The notes under the pieces were generated by a model, which was not told the origin of the DNA, did no database searches, and saw only the letters and a program-made list of their open reading frames with translations. A stretch of 64,000 nt of DNA from Fibrobacter sp. GTDB lineage: Bacteria > Fibrobacterota > Fibrobacteria > Fibrobacterales > Fibrobacteraceae. The translations under genes and the position numbers were made by a program. Below are positions 28,060 to 37,722 of the stretch, in pieces (the first letter of the stretch is position 1; each line of letters begins with the position of its first letter). The stretch covers positions 1,921-65,920 of the forward strand of contig JAILDK010000015.1 of NCBI GenBank assembly GCA_024689485.1, read 5' to 3'.

Positions 28060-29961
28060 GTGCCAAGACCGAAGAAAAATGACGGTTCTTCCTCCGTTCA
28101 ATTGATTTCTGATATTGTTTCCCCGGATGCCCCGACCCCAGATCTTTCCGCTCTGGGAGACCTCGCCGCTCCGATTACCTTCCCCGAAGACCAGCCGAAG
28201 CCTGAAGAAGCTCCGAAACGCCGCGGACGTCCCCGCAAAAACGCCCCCAAAGAAAAACAGATCGACCAGGATTCCGCACCGGAAGTGCAAGAACAGCCTG
28301 TCGCCGTCGAAGCCCCGGAAATGTCCGCTCCGACGTCAGAACTCTCCGGCGAACCAGAAACGATCGCAACCCCGGGCACAAGCGAACTCACCGAAGAAAA
28401 TCAGGGTTCTCTTCCGAGCAACGACGGAACCTTCTCCGAAAATTCCATGGAAGCCGCCCAGAACAATCCGGCGCTTGAAGCTCCGGCACCCGATGCTCCG
28501 GCATTCGGCGGAAACGGCAACAACAATCGCCGCTTCAACAATAACAACGGCAATAATGGGAACAACGGCAATAACAACAATCGCCACGGCAAGTTCAACA
28601 AGTTCGGCAAGAACAAGTACGGTCGCAACAACCGCTTCTTGCCGCAGGACGATATTCCGGACGATCAGCTCCAGGCTCCTCCAGCCGACCCGGAAAAGGT
28701 TGCCATCGCCATGCAGCGCTGGCGCGAACTCCGCAACACGCCGATGTTCGATTTGCAGGAAAAGGCAAATGCGCTGAACATCCCGGACGTGAAGAGACTT
28801 CGCAAGCAGGCTTTGATCTACCGCTTGCTCGCCGCGATTTCCGGTGAAGGCGCTCCGATTTACACGGAAGGCACTCTCGAAATTATGAAGGAAGGCTACG
28901 GATTCCTCCGCAACGCCGACCTGAACTACCTCGCCGGTCCGGACGATATCTACATCAGCCCGAACCAGATTCGCCGTTTCGAACTCAAGTCCGGAGACTC
29001 GATCACGGGCCTTGTCCGTCAGCCGCGCGACAACGAACGCTACTTCGGTCTCGCCCGCGTCGATACGATCAACGGTGAAGATCCTGCCAAGGCAAAGCAC
29101 CGCGTCGCCTTCGAATACTTGACCCCGATCCATCCATATCAGAAGCTGAACCTCGAATGGCGTCAGGACGAATATTCGACCCGTATCATGGATCTTTTCT
29201 CCCCGATCGGTAAGGGTCAGCGCAGTATCTTGCTCGCTCCGCCGCGCACCGGTAAGACGGTTCTTTTGCAGAATATCGCAGGCGCCATCGCCAAGAACCA
29301 TCCGGAAGTCAAGCTCTTTGTGCTTTTGATCGACGAACGTCCGGAAGAAGTGACCGATATGCGTCGCCATGTGAAGGGCGAAGTCATCGCATCCACTTTC
29401 GATGAACCTCCTGAACATCACACTCAGGTTGCCGACATCCTTCTTGAAAAGGCCAAGCGCCTTGTCGAATACGGCAACGACGTCGTGATCCTTCTCGATT
29501 CCATTACGCGCTTTGCCCGTGCAAACAACGTGGTGATTCCGCATTCCGGCAAGATTCTTTCCGGCGGTGTGGACGCTCTCGCCATGCAGCGCCCGAAGCG
29601 CTTCTTCGGTGCAGCCCGTAAGATCGAAAACGGCGGCTCCCTCACGATCATCGGTACGGCTTTGATCGAAACCGGCAGCCGCATGGATGAAGTGATCTTC
29701 GAAGAATTCAAGGGTACCGGTAACATGGAACTCGTGCTCGACCGTCGCATATCCGAAAAGCGCATCTGGCCGGCAATCGACATTTTCAAGTCCGGCACTC
29801 GCAAGGAAGAACTTCTTCTCGACGAAGATACCCTCCGCCGCGTCTGGATTTTGCGCAAGTTCCTTCAGGAACAGACTTCCGTGGAAATCATGGAATTCAT
29901 GCGCGACAAGCTTAAAAAGACAAAGAACAACGAAGAATTTTTAGCCTCGATGAATGGCTAG
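28060..29961 (+). CDS. rho: transcription termination factor Rho with a long N-terminal low-complexity extension
   Basis: The C-terminal ~420 aa are canonical Rho: an N-terminal helix bundle ([26 protein letters not shown]), the OB fold (GYGFLR), Walker A (APPRTGKT), and the [11 protein letters not shown] and ELVLDRR motifs. The start was set to the GTG at 28060, 5 nt after AGGAG. The track's upstream extension overlaps folK. Confidence 0.9.
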   Translation: MPRPKKNDGSSSVQLISDIVSPDAPTPDLSALGDLAAPITFPEDQPKPEEAPKRRGRPRKNAPKEKQIDQDSAPEVQEQPVAVEAPEMSAPTSELSGEPETIATPGTSELTEENQGSLPSNDGTFSENSMEAAQNNPALEAPAPDAPAFGGNGNNNRRFNNNNGNNGNNGNNNNRHGKFNKFGKNKYGRNNRFLPQDDIPDDQLQAPPADPEKVAIAMQRWRELRNTPMFDLQEKANALNIPDVKRLRKQALIYRLLAAISGEGAPIYTEGTLEIMKEGYGFLRNADLNYLAGPDDIYISPNQIRRFELKSGDSITGLVRQPRDNERYFGLARVDTINGEDPAKAKHRVAFEYLTPIHPYQKLNLEWRQDEYSTRIMDLFSPIGKGQRSILLAPPRTGKTVLLQNIAGAIAKNHPEVKLFVLLIDERPEEVTDMRRHVKGEVIASTFDEPPEHHTQVADILLEKAKRLVEYGNDVVILLDSITRFARANNVVIPHSGKILSGGVDALAMQRPKRFFGAARKIENGGSLTIIGTALIETGSRMDEVIFEEFKGTGNMELVLDRRISEKRIWPAIDIFKSGTRKEELLLDEDTLRRVWILRKFLQEQTSVEIMEFMRDKLKKTKNNEEFLASMNG

Positions 29962-29971
29962 GAGTCAAAAT

Positions 29972-30784
29972 ATGTCTCAGAAAATCGCATTTGCTGGTGC
30001 AGGTAACATGGGCGGAGCCATTCTCCGCGGCCTCCTCAACTCCGGTTACAATCCCAAGGATATCCTTTTCTACGAACCGTTCGACAAGACGGCAAAGCCT
30101 GTGGAAGAACTCGGCGCAGTCCGCTATTCCGACTTTGGAAAAATGGCAAACGACGCGAACGTCGTTTTCCTTTGCGTGAAGCCGCAGGTCTTTAAGGCTG
30201 TTGCTGGCGAATGGAGCGCAAGCGCCAAGGGCAAAGTTTCTTCCAAGCCGGAAATCATTTCGATCATGGCAGGCGTTTCCCGTGCAAAGATCATCGACGC
30301 TCTCGACTTTGAACACGGTGACGTTGTGCGCGTGATGCCGAACCTTCCGCTCACTGTCGGCAAGGGCGCCATCGCGATTGCCACGGACGGCGTTTCTGCG
30401 GAATCGCTCGAAACCGCCAAGGCTTTGCTTTCGACCGTCGGCGTGACGGTGACTGTCGGTGAAAATTTGATTGACGCGGTGACGGGTCTTTCGGGCAGCG
30501 CTCCGGCTTATGTCTTCGAATTCATCGAAGGTCTTGTGCGCGGCGGCGTGAAGATGGGCCTGACCCGTCCGGTCGCCATGCAGCTTACCCTCGCCACCAT
30601 CGAAGGCAGCGTGGAACTTCTCAAGAAGTCCGGCAAGGACACGGGAGAACTCTCCGCGATGGTTTCTTCCCCGGCCGGCACGACGATCGCTGGCGTCCAG
30701 GTTTTGGAAGATGCCGGCCTCCGCGGCACCCTGATGCACACGGTCGAAGCAGCAACGCTCCGTTCCCAGGCTCTCGGCAAGTAA
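29972..30784 (+). CDS. proC: pyrroline-5-carboxylate reductase
   Basis: IAFAGAGNMGGAI, KPQVF and SSPAGTTIAG. ATG at 29972 follows AGGAG. Confidence 0.9.
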   Translation: MSQKIAFAGAGNMGGAILRGLLNSGYNPKDILFYEPFDKTAKPVEELGAVRYSDFGKMANDANVVFLCVKPQVFKAVAGEWSASAKGKVSSKPEIISIMAGVSRAKIIDALDFEHGDVVRVMPNLPLTVGKGAIAIATDGVSAESLETAKALLSTVGVTVTVGENLIDAVTGLSGSAPAYVFEFIEGLVRGGVKMGLTRPVAMQLTLATIEGSVELLKKSGKDTGELSAMVSSPAGTTIAGVQVLEDAGLRGTLMHTVEAATLRSQALGK

Positions 30785-30796
30785 GTCCAAGAACTC

Positions 30797-32149
30797 ATGG
30801 CCAAAACGCGCATTCTCTTCCTCTCCGAAGAAAACGAAAGCACCTCTTTTTTGGAAGATGTGCTTTCGAGCGTCGATGGCTATGAGACTCTTCTCTGCTC
30901 CAACTCTTCGGAAGCGGTCGAGGTTTTTCGCCGCTTTCTGCCCGAAATTACCGTGGTCAATTTGGACCGCCATTTTTCGGACACCCTTTTACTCTCGCTG
31001 CGAGATATTTCTCCCGCAGCCCGTTTTTTAGGTTTTGGAACTCAGATTTCAAACCCCAGCGCCTTCTGCCAGGATTTTTTCAGCAAGATTCTCAGCGTCG
31101 ACGAACTCCGTCTGCGCTTCATGACAGAAGTTTCCGGTCTCAAAAAGCAGTCCGCGCTCCTTTCGAACATCAACGAAGCCTTAAAGAAAATCGTCGGTCA
31201 CAGCGACCAGGTGAAAAAGCTGTACGACTCGATTTTCAAAGCGATCCGCAGTAAAGGCGCGACCGTTCTGATTCAAGGCGAATCGGGCGTCGGTAAAGAG
31301 CTTGTGGCGAAGGCGATCGCGTCCGTTTCGAACCATTTGATTACGGTGAACTGCAGCGCGATCAGTGAAAGCCTTTTCGAAAGTGAACTGTTCGGCCACA
31401 CGCGCGGAGCCTTTACAGGCGCCATCACCGAACGCAAAGGCCTTTTCGAAGCCGCCAACGGCGGTGTGCTGTACCTGGATGAAGTCGGCGACATTCCCCT
31501 ACCGATGCAGGCAAAGCTTTTACGCACCCTGCAAGAAGGTGAAATCCGCCCGGTCGGTTCGAGCGAAACCAAAAAGATCAAGGTGCAGATCGTCGCCGCG
31601 ACCAATCGCAATCTGCAAAAAGACGCCCAGGAAGGCTCCTTCCGCAAGGACCTTTATTACCGCCTGAACGTCATCCCCATCTACGTTCCCACCTTGCGCG
31701 AACGCAAGGAAGACATTCCGGAACTCGTCGAACATTTCATTCGGGAATTCACCCTGAACCAGGCTTTGAAACCGAAAATTTCCGACGAAACAATGCAGGC
31801 GCTCATCCGCTACGATTGGCCGGGCAACATCCGCGAACTCGAAAATGCGATTCACCGCGCCATCGTTTTAATGAACGGCGACGAAATCACGATCGAAAAC
31901 ATTTTCCCCGCAAACGAACTTCAAGTTCCCGCCTTCGAAACGCCTAAACGCGACTGGACAGGCATCCGCTACCCGGAATTTCAGGAACTGCAAAAACAGG
32001 AAGAGCGCGAATTCATCATCGCCAAAATTAAAGAAAACGGCGGATCCATTACAAAAACCGCCGAAAGCTTTGGCATGCAGCGCCCTGCGCTTTACGCGCG
32101 TGCTTCCCGCGTCGGTCTCGATCTCAAGACCGTGCACAAATCCAAATAA
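30797..32149 (+). CDS. sigma-54-dependent transcriptional activator (NtrC family) with a divergent receiver-like N-terminal domain
   Basis: The AAA+ core has GESGVGKE, ESELFGH, GAFTGA and a Walker B (LYLDEV). A C-terminal Fis-type HTH is present. The N-terminal ~125 aa are receiver-like, but the acidic pocket reads SEENE instead of DDE. Confidence 0.85.
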   Translation: MAKTRILFLSEENESTSFLEDVLSSVDGYETLLCSNSSEAVEVFRRFLPEITVVNLDRHFSDTLLLSLRDISPAARFLGFGTQISNPSAFCQDFFSKILSVDELRLRFMTEVSGLKKQSALLSNINEALKKIVGHSDQVKKLYDSIFKAIRSKGATVLIQGESGVGKELVAKAIASVSNHLITVNCSAISESLFESELFGHTRGAFTGAITERKGLFEAANGGVLYLDEVGDIPLPMQAKLLRTLQEGEIRPVGSSETKKIKVQIVAATNRNLQKDAQEGSFRKDLYYRLNVIPIYVPTLRERKEDIPELVEHFIREFTLNQALKPKISDETMQALIRYDWPGNIRELENAIHRAIVLMNGDEITIENIFPANELQVPAFETPKRDWTGIRYPEFQELQKQEEREFIIAKIKENGGSITKTAESFGMQRPALYARASRVGLDLKTVHKSK

Positions 32150-32164
32150 ATTGTCAATTTGAAA

Positions 32165-33091
32165 CTATCGCTGTTCGACCGCATAACCGCGGTCCCGAAG
32201 GAGCTTTAAAACGTTGTCGCCTTCCCCGACCAAATGCGCCGCGCCGACAACGATAAAAGCCTTTTCCCCGGCGGTTGCCAAAGAATCGATGCTCTCCGCC
32301 ATGCGCAAGTTCCGCTTTGTATAAAGCGCTTCCTCGTAATCCGCTTCCGCCGTGTCCGCCGCAAAAATCTGTTGCATTTTCGGCACGTCGCCGCACTTCC
32401 AGGCGTTCGCGATTTCAGCGATCAACGAATCCGCCTGCAAAATTTCATCGAGCGTATTCTTCAGATAGCGAACGCCCAAAGAATCTTCCGCGTCCGAAAA
32501 GACGCTCACCTGTTCCCCGGGCGTTTCAATCGCAAAGACCTTCTTGTTCTGATCTTCAGCACGGGAAAGCAGTTCCTTGTCAATGCCATATTCGCCCGAA
32601 AGTCCCGTGCGTTCAATCGCCACGGCGGAAAGCGAAAGCGCGATCATCCACGGGCGAAAAGGCTTTAAAATTTCGAGCGGAATATTCCAAGCCTTTGTTA
32701 CGGAATCGAGCTTTGCATACATTTCTGGGGGAAGAATGCTGTCAAGTTTGACGCCTGCCGGGAGCCTTCCTTTTTCGGCCATCAAACGGCCCGTTTCCTG
32801 CATCGTACTTTCTTCGGTCAAATCGAGTTCCGCGGCCAAAAGCGTCGAAGCATCAAAAGCCGAATCGATCACAGGCGCAAACGGGTAAAAAGAAGAATCC
32901 GCCAAATGAATACTGCCGAGCAGCCACACGGCAGGCGCTCCCGCCTTTTCCGCTTTCCAGAGCAAATGTTTTTCGCCGCAGACAGGGCTTTTCAAAGGCT
33001 CCGCAACTTCTTCTGAACGATTCCCGGCACAGCACACGCATTGCGCACAAAGGAATCCTAAAATTCCCCATTTCCAAAGCTTATTCCACAC
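32165..33091 (-). CDS. TraB/GumN family exported protein
   Basis: Signal peptide WGILGFLCAQCVCCAG. Family motifs LLGSIHL and FIVVGAAHLVGEGDNVLKLL are present. The GTG start overlaps the ATPase stop by 11 nt. Confidence 0.75.
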   Translation of the reverse strand: MWNKLWKWGILGFLCAQCVCCAGNRSEEVAEPLKSPVCGEKHLLWKAEKAGAPAVWLLGSIHLADSSFYPFAPVIDSAFDASTLLAAELDLTEESTMQETGRLMAEKGRLPAGVKLDSILPPEMYAKLDSVTKAWNIPLEILKPFRPWMIALSLSAVAIERTGLSGEYGIDKELLSRAEDQNKKVFAIETPGEQVSVFSDAEDSLGVRYLKNTLDEILQADSLIAEIANAWKCGDVPKMQQIFAADTAEADYEEALYTKRNLRMAESIDSLATAGEKAFIVVGAAHLVGEGDNVLKLLRDRGYAVEQR

Positions 33092-33803
33092 GGGACCACC
33101 CCAAGAATCCGGATTCGTTCATCTCTTGCGGCGTCGCTTCGCGAACAAAGCCTTTTCCGTCAAAACCGATGATCCTATCCGAAAAACGCAGAGCGTAATC
33201 CACATGCTGCGTCGAAAGCAGAACGGAAAGATTCCGTTCCGAAGCCATCTTTTTCAAAATGCGGAAAAGATTCAAAATATTGGGAACATCCAAAAAGGCG
33301 GTCGGTTCGTCGAACAAAAGGACCTTGGGCTGTGCCGCGATCGCACGGGCAATCAACACGCGGGAACGTTCCCCGTCCGAAAGGTTGAGCACGCTCCTGT
33401 CCGCAAACTTTTCCAGTTGAATGCTCGCAATCGCTTCGTCGATCGCCGCTTCATCTTCTTCCGTCCGAGCGTCCAAAAATCCGGAATACGGAATACGCCC
33501 CAGCGAAATGAATTCCCGCACCGACATTCCATAAGGAACGCGTTCCTGCGTAAAAACAGATGCGATCGTCTGCGCCCGCTTGCGCATCGTAAAGCTTTCC
33601 ATCGGCATTCCGCACAACGTAAGCTTGCCCGACCACGGGTCGAGAATCCCGGCAAAACTTTTGAGCAAAGTGCTCTTGCCCACCCCGTTCGGTCCCACGA
33701 GAGAAACCAGTTCCCCTTCGAACAGGCTCAAATCGACCGGAGCAAACAGCGCACGGGTATAGCCCGCCGAAAAATCCTTGGCTTCGAGAATCGCGTTAGG
33801 CAC
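33081..33803 (-). CDS. ABC transporter ATP-binding protein (FecE/BtuD-like)
   Basis: Walker A GPNGVGKST, signature LSDGERSRV, Walker B LLFDEPTAFLD. The start was set to the GTG at 33803 after GAGGAGG. Confidence 0.88.
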   Translation of the reverse strand: MPNAILEAKDFSAGYTRALFAPVDLSLFEGELVSLVGPNGVGKSTLLKSFAGILDPWSGKLTLCGMPMESFTMRKRAQTIASVFTQERVPYGMSVREFISLGRIPYSGFLDARTEEDEAAIDEAIASIQLEKFADRSVLNLSDGERSRVLIARAIAAQPKVLLFDEPTAFLDVPNILNLFRILKKMASERNLSVLLSTQHVDYALRFSDRIIGFDGKGFVREATPQEMNESGFLGWSRVE

Positions 33804-34788
33804 GTTCCCCTCCTCGCTTCGACCGCAAGAAAATCCACAACACGATCGGCGCGCCAAAAAGGCTCGTCACGCTCGCAAGCGGAATTCCCGGCACAAGTCC
33901 CGAAAGCAAAGCGAGTTCCGTTCCCACCAGAGCGGACGCCGGGAGCAGCACACGGTGATTCGACGACTTGAAAATTCCATAGGCGATATGCGGAGAAGCA
34001 AGCCCGATAAAGCTGATCGGACCGCAGCAGACCGTTGCCCCTGCGGCAAGGAGGCTCGCCCCAAAAAGGACCGCCATGCGCGAAAGGCGCACATTCACCC
34101 CCAGCGACTGCGCAAAGGAATCCCCGACCTGCGCCGCGTTCAGGTAACGCACACAGACCCCGCACAAAATCACACCCACGACCGTCACCGCAAAAAACGT
34201 CGGGACCGCATCCAGGGAAAGCCGCGAAAACGAACCGAGTCCCCACGTCATAAATCCGCGGAGCGCTTCCGAAGAACTCGTCGCCATCAAAAAGGAAACG
34301 ATCGCATCGACAAAGTAGCCGAGCATCAAACCGACAATCAAAAGCGAAACGGAATGCGCCACAAACTTCGACGCAAAGAGCACGAGCAGCACCACGCCAA
34401 AGGCTCCGCAAGCCGCACAGGGAAACACACCGATCGATCCGCCAAAGCCTGCGAGCAGCACTAGGGCCACGCCGAGGTTTGCCCCGGAACTCACGCCGAG
34501 CACAAAAGGCCCCGCCAGCGGATTCTTAAAAACGCTCTGCAACACAAGGCCCGAAATCGCAAGAGAAATGCCCGTGAGCAGAGCCGCACAGGCTTTCGGC
34601 AAACGGATCTGCCAAACGATATCGTTCACCACGACATCGCTCTTGCCTAAAAATGCTTGGATAACATCCGAAACGCCCACAGAAGAGGGGCCGGAAAGAA
34701 TCGTCAATAAAAAAAGAATGGCGGCAAAAATTCCGAGGAAGAGAAATCCTCCCCAAATTCTTGCCGCGGACTTTGAATTACTTGGCAT
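33796..34788 (-). CDS. FecCD-family ABC permease (iron-chelate/cobalamin type)
   Basis: WQIRLPKACAALLTGISLAISGLVLQSVFKNPLAGPFVLGVSSGA. The protein is polytopic, 330 aa. Confidence 0.88.
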   Translation of the reverse strand: MPSNSKSAARIWGGFLFLGIFAAILFLLTILSGPSSVGVSDVIQAFLGKSDVVVNDIVWQIRLPKACAALLTGISLAISGLVLQSVFKNPLAGPFVLGVSSGANLGVALVLLAGFGGSIGVFPCAACGAFGVVLLVLFASKFVAHSVSLLIVGLMLGYFVDAIVSFLMATSSSEALRGFMTWGLGSFSRLSLDAVPTFFAVTVVGVILCGVCVRYLNAAQVGDSFAQSLGVNVRLSRMAVLFGASLLAAGATVCCGPISFIGLASPHIAYGIFKSSNHRVLLPASALVGTELALLSGLVPGIPLASVTSLFGAPIVLWIFLRSKRGGERA

Positions 34789-35560
34789 TGACCTGCAAAA
34801 CGGACTTCGGCGTATTCGCGCTAGAGCCTTCCACCTTCAGGTAGGTTTCCGGATCGACCTTGTCAAAGCCCTGCAAGGCGTTCAACCAGTTGTCGTTCAG
34901 ATCGCGGAATTCGATTTTCTTCAAGTGGTACTGGAACTTTTTGCCGTCAATCTTAAACTGGATAAAGTCCCAACGCACGACGCCGCGGTCCTTAAAGACT
35001 TCACGCGTCACGATCGTCGAATCGTCCTGGAAGCGGTAACGGGCGCGGTAGGTGTATTCACCCGTCATCTGGTAACGTCCGGAATCCGAATAGGTGCGGG
35101 TCGTTCCGATAAGCGTATCGTTCATCTGGAACGTGAGTGCCGCGTCGCGGAAAGCGTGGCCGTGCGAAAGAATCGGCGTGCGCCAATCTCCAAAGACCTT
35201 TTCCTTCATCGACTTCTGGTAAACCGTATCGATCTTCCAAGAGTCAAAGTTGCTCTTGTCATACTTGGCACGGCCCACATAGTTTCCAGCCTTGAGAGCC
35301 GAACGGACGCTGTCCGCCTTGGCCTTGGCGAGGCTGTCGGAATTTTCCTTCGAGCCAGCTTCGAGAGCGCGACTGATGGAATCCATCTTCGCTTCGATCG
35401 CTTTGCCCAAATCCTCTGTTCCGCGGATTAAGCTTGCAGAAGACGAAGAAGAAACACCAATTCCCGAAGACGACGTAAGCACCATAGGCGACGGCGTTTG
35501 CGCAAAAATCAAGCAGGACGAGCCTAGAATAGCAAGAAGAGTACAGCAAATTCGATTCAA
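34778..35560 (-). CDS. secreted protein of unknown function, first gene of the ABC operon
   Basis: Its stop overlaps the permease start by 11 nt. The probable TTG start at 35560 follows AGAGAGG and gives the signal peptide MNRICCTLLAILGSSCLIFA-QT. The protein has a Ser-rich linker, a helical segment and a beta-rich C-terminal half. I recognise no family. Confidence 0.5.
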   Translation of the reverse strand: MNRICCTLLAILGSSCLIFAQTPSPMVLTSSSGIGVSSSSSASLIRGTEDLGKAIEAKMDSISRALEAGSKENSDSLAKAKADSVRSALKAGNYVGRAKYDKSNFDSWKIDTVYQKSMKEKVFGDWRTPILSHGHAFRDAALTFQMNDTLIGTTRTYSDSGRYQMTGEYTYRARYRFQDDSTIVTREVFKDRGVVRWDFIQFKIDGKKFQYHLKKIEFRDLNDNWLNALQGFDKVDPETYLKVEGSSANTPKSVLQVNAK

Positions 35561-35608
35561 AAGAAAACCTCTCTTGGAGAGAAATCTAGTAAAAAGTAAA
35601 TTTGAATC

Positions 35609-36736
35609 ATGATTGATTATTCTCAAGTTCCTAGTCCTTGTTACGTTCTCGAAGAAAGCCGCTTAATCCGTAACCTTGAAATCCTCAAGCGCGTGGAAGA
35701 CGAAGCGGATGTCAAGATCATCTGTGCCTTGAAAGGCTACAGCATGTGGAGCACTTTTCCTCTTATTGGAAAATATCTTGCAGGAGCGACCGCGTCAAGT
35801 TTAAATGAAGCAATTCTTGCACGCGAAGAGATGAATAAGGAAGTGCACGTTTTTGCACCGGTCTACGGCGATGACGAAATCAACGAGATTCTTTCGATTT
35901 CAAACCACATCACCTTCAACAGCTTTAGCCAGTGGCAGCGCTTCAAAAAGAAGACTCTCGCCGCCAAGGTGAGCCCGGGCATTCGCGTGAATCCGGAATT
36001 TTCAACCGTCGATACCGACATCTACAACCCATGCGGCAAGTATTCCCGCCTGGGCGTCACCCGCAAGGAATTCCGCGAAGACCTGCTCGAAGGCATCGAA
36101 GGCTTGCACTTCCACGCCCTCTGCGAACAGAACGCAGACGCCCTCGAAGCGGTCCTCAAGAACTTTGAAGAACGCTTCGGCGAATTCATCCCGAAGATGA
36201 AATGGGTGAACTTTGGCGGAGGCCATCACATTACCCGCGCCGATTACGAAGTCGACCGTCTGATTTCCATTTTGAAAGGCTTCCACAGCCGCTACCCGGG
36301 CGTCCAGATTATTCTCGAACCGGGCGAAGCCGTGGGCTGGCAAACGGGTGAACTCGTCGCGACCGTCGAAGACATTGTCCACAACGAAAAGGACATCGCC
36401 ATTCTGAACGTATCCGTGAGCGCTCACATGCCGGACTGCCTTGAAATGCCTTACCGCCCGATGATCATCGGATCCGGCATGCCTGGCGAAAAGAAGTACG
36501 AATACCGCTTGGGCGGAAACACTTGCCTCGCAGGCGATATCGTCGGCGACTACAGTTTCGACAAGCCGCTTCAGGTCGGCGACAAAGTCGTCTTCTTCGA
36601 CATGATCCACTACACGATGGTGAAGACGACATTCTTCAACGGCGTCAAGCACCCGGACATCGGCATCTGGCATCTCGACAACCAGTTCGAACTCGTCCGC
36701 CGTTTCTGCTACCAGCAGTACAAGGACAACCTATGA
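35609..36736 (+). CDS. nspC: carboxynorspermidine/carboxyspermidine decarboxylase
   Basis: The N-terminus PSPCYVLEESRLIRNLE and the GGGHHIT and CLAGD motifs are typical of the family. Size is 375 aa. Confidence 0.88.
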   Translation: MIDYSQVPSPCYVLEESRLIRNLEILKRVEDEADVKIICALKGYSMWSTFPLIGKYLAGATASSLNEAILAREEMNKEVHVFAPVYGDDEINEILSISNHITFNSFSQWQRFKKKTLAAKVSPGIRVNPEFSTVDTDIYNPCGKYSRLGVTRKEFREDLLEGIEGLHFHALCEQNADALEAVLKNFEERFGEFIPKMKWVNFGGGHHITRADYEVDRLISILKGFHSRYPGVQIILEPGEAVGWQTGELVATVEDIVHNEKDIAILNVSVSAHMPDCLEMPYRPMIIGSGMPGEKKYEYRLGGNTCLAGDIVGDYSFDKPLQVGDKVVFFDMIHYTMVKTTFFNGVKHPDIGIWHLDNQFELVRRFCYQQYKDNL

Positions 36737-37194
36737 CCGAATTCGTCAAAGCGTTAGAAGTCAGGACCCACTCCGAAGAAGAAACCCTGAAGTGGGCCGA
36801 AGACTTTGCAAAGACCCTTCCCAAGGGATCTGTCCTTGCGCTTTACGGAACGCTCGGCGCCGGCAAAACGGTCATCAGCCGCGGCGTCTGCAAAGGCTTG
36901 GGATTTAAGGGTCAGGTCAATTCCCCGACTTACACGATCGTCCACGAATACCCGAATCCAAACGGCATGCCCCTTTACCATTTGGACCTTTACCGCCTGC
37001 CGCCCCATGCGGACCTCGGCGAAATCGGCGTGGACTATTACATGACGCGTGACGGCGTCACGCTCATCGAATGGCCGGAACGCCTAGACGACGAAACGGT
37101 GGGCATCACCCACCGTCTTACGCTTTCCATTCTCGAAGATGATTCGAGAAATATCCTAGTCGAAACGTCTACTTCGCAGCCGTCGAATCCTTAA
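36733..37194 (+). CDS. tsaE: tRNA t6A biosynthesis ATPase TsaE
   Basis: LYGTLGAGKTVISRG, NSPTYTIVHEY, HLDLYRL and IEWPE. The start ATG overlaps the nspC TGA (ATGA). Confidence 0.85.
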   Translation: MTEFVKALEVRTHSEEETLKWAEDFAKTLPKGSVLALYGTLGAGKTVISRGVCKGLGFKGQVNSPTYTIVHEYPNPNGMPLYHLDLYRLPPHADLGEIGVDYYMTRDGVTLIEWPERLDDETVGITHRLTLSILEDDSRNILVETSTSQPSNP

Positions 37195-37711
37195 CGGTTT
37201 CTACGGTCAAAGCGGTCTGCAGGGACTTCCATTCTTCGGCATCGTCCTCGTTCAAAAGGACCGGGCCTTGGAAGGTCTTCATCGCCTTGGCTGCGGCTGC
37301 GGTATCGTTACCCTGCAAAGCGGTACGCACCGTTTCAAGCACATATTCCTGAGCGACCTTCATGTCTTCGATCGCGCCAAGACGCACCACGCGAATACTG
37401 TCGAGATCGGCAGGCGCATAGCTCAGTTCCCACGTCGCTTCGTAGCAATCCTTCGCCGCGGCAAAATCACCACCGTCAAAGAGCAAGGCGCAACGGGCAA
37501 ACGTTTCCGCGCTTTCCTTCTTCGTGTACTGGTAATACTTGTAACCGCCGATGATACCGCCGATAATGACGAGCAAAACAAGGGCGTCGGACCAGCTCAT
37601 GAAGCCTTTGACTTCGACTTTCTTCTTGCCTTCACCGCCTTCGGTGGATTCTTCATCTTCCGGATCGTCCAGCGGATTCTTACCGCCCATGATATTGATA
37701 AAGCTCAGCAT
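37169..37711 (-). CDS. single-pass membrane protein, function unknown
   Basis: An acidic N-terminal tail is followed by a TM helix (ALVLLVIIGGIIGGY) and a helical C-terminal domain. The 3' end overlaps tsaE convergently by 26 bp. Confidence 0.5.
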   Translation of the reverse strand: MLSFINIMGGKNPLDDPEDEESTEGGEGKKKVEVKGFMSWSDALVLLVIIGGIIGGYKYYQYTKKESAETFARCALLFDGGDFAAAKDCYEATWELSYAPADLDSIRVVRLGAIEDMKVAQEYVLETVRTALQGNDTAAAAKAMKTFQGPVLLNEDDAEEWKSLQTALTVETVKDSTAAK

Positions 37712-37722
37712 GATCCCTCCTA

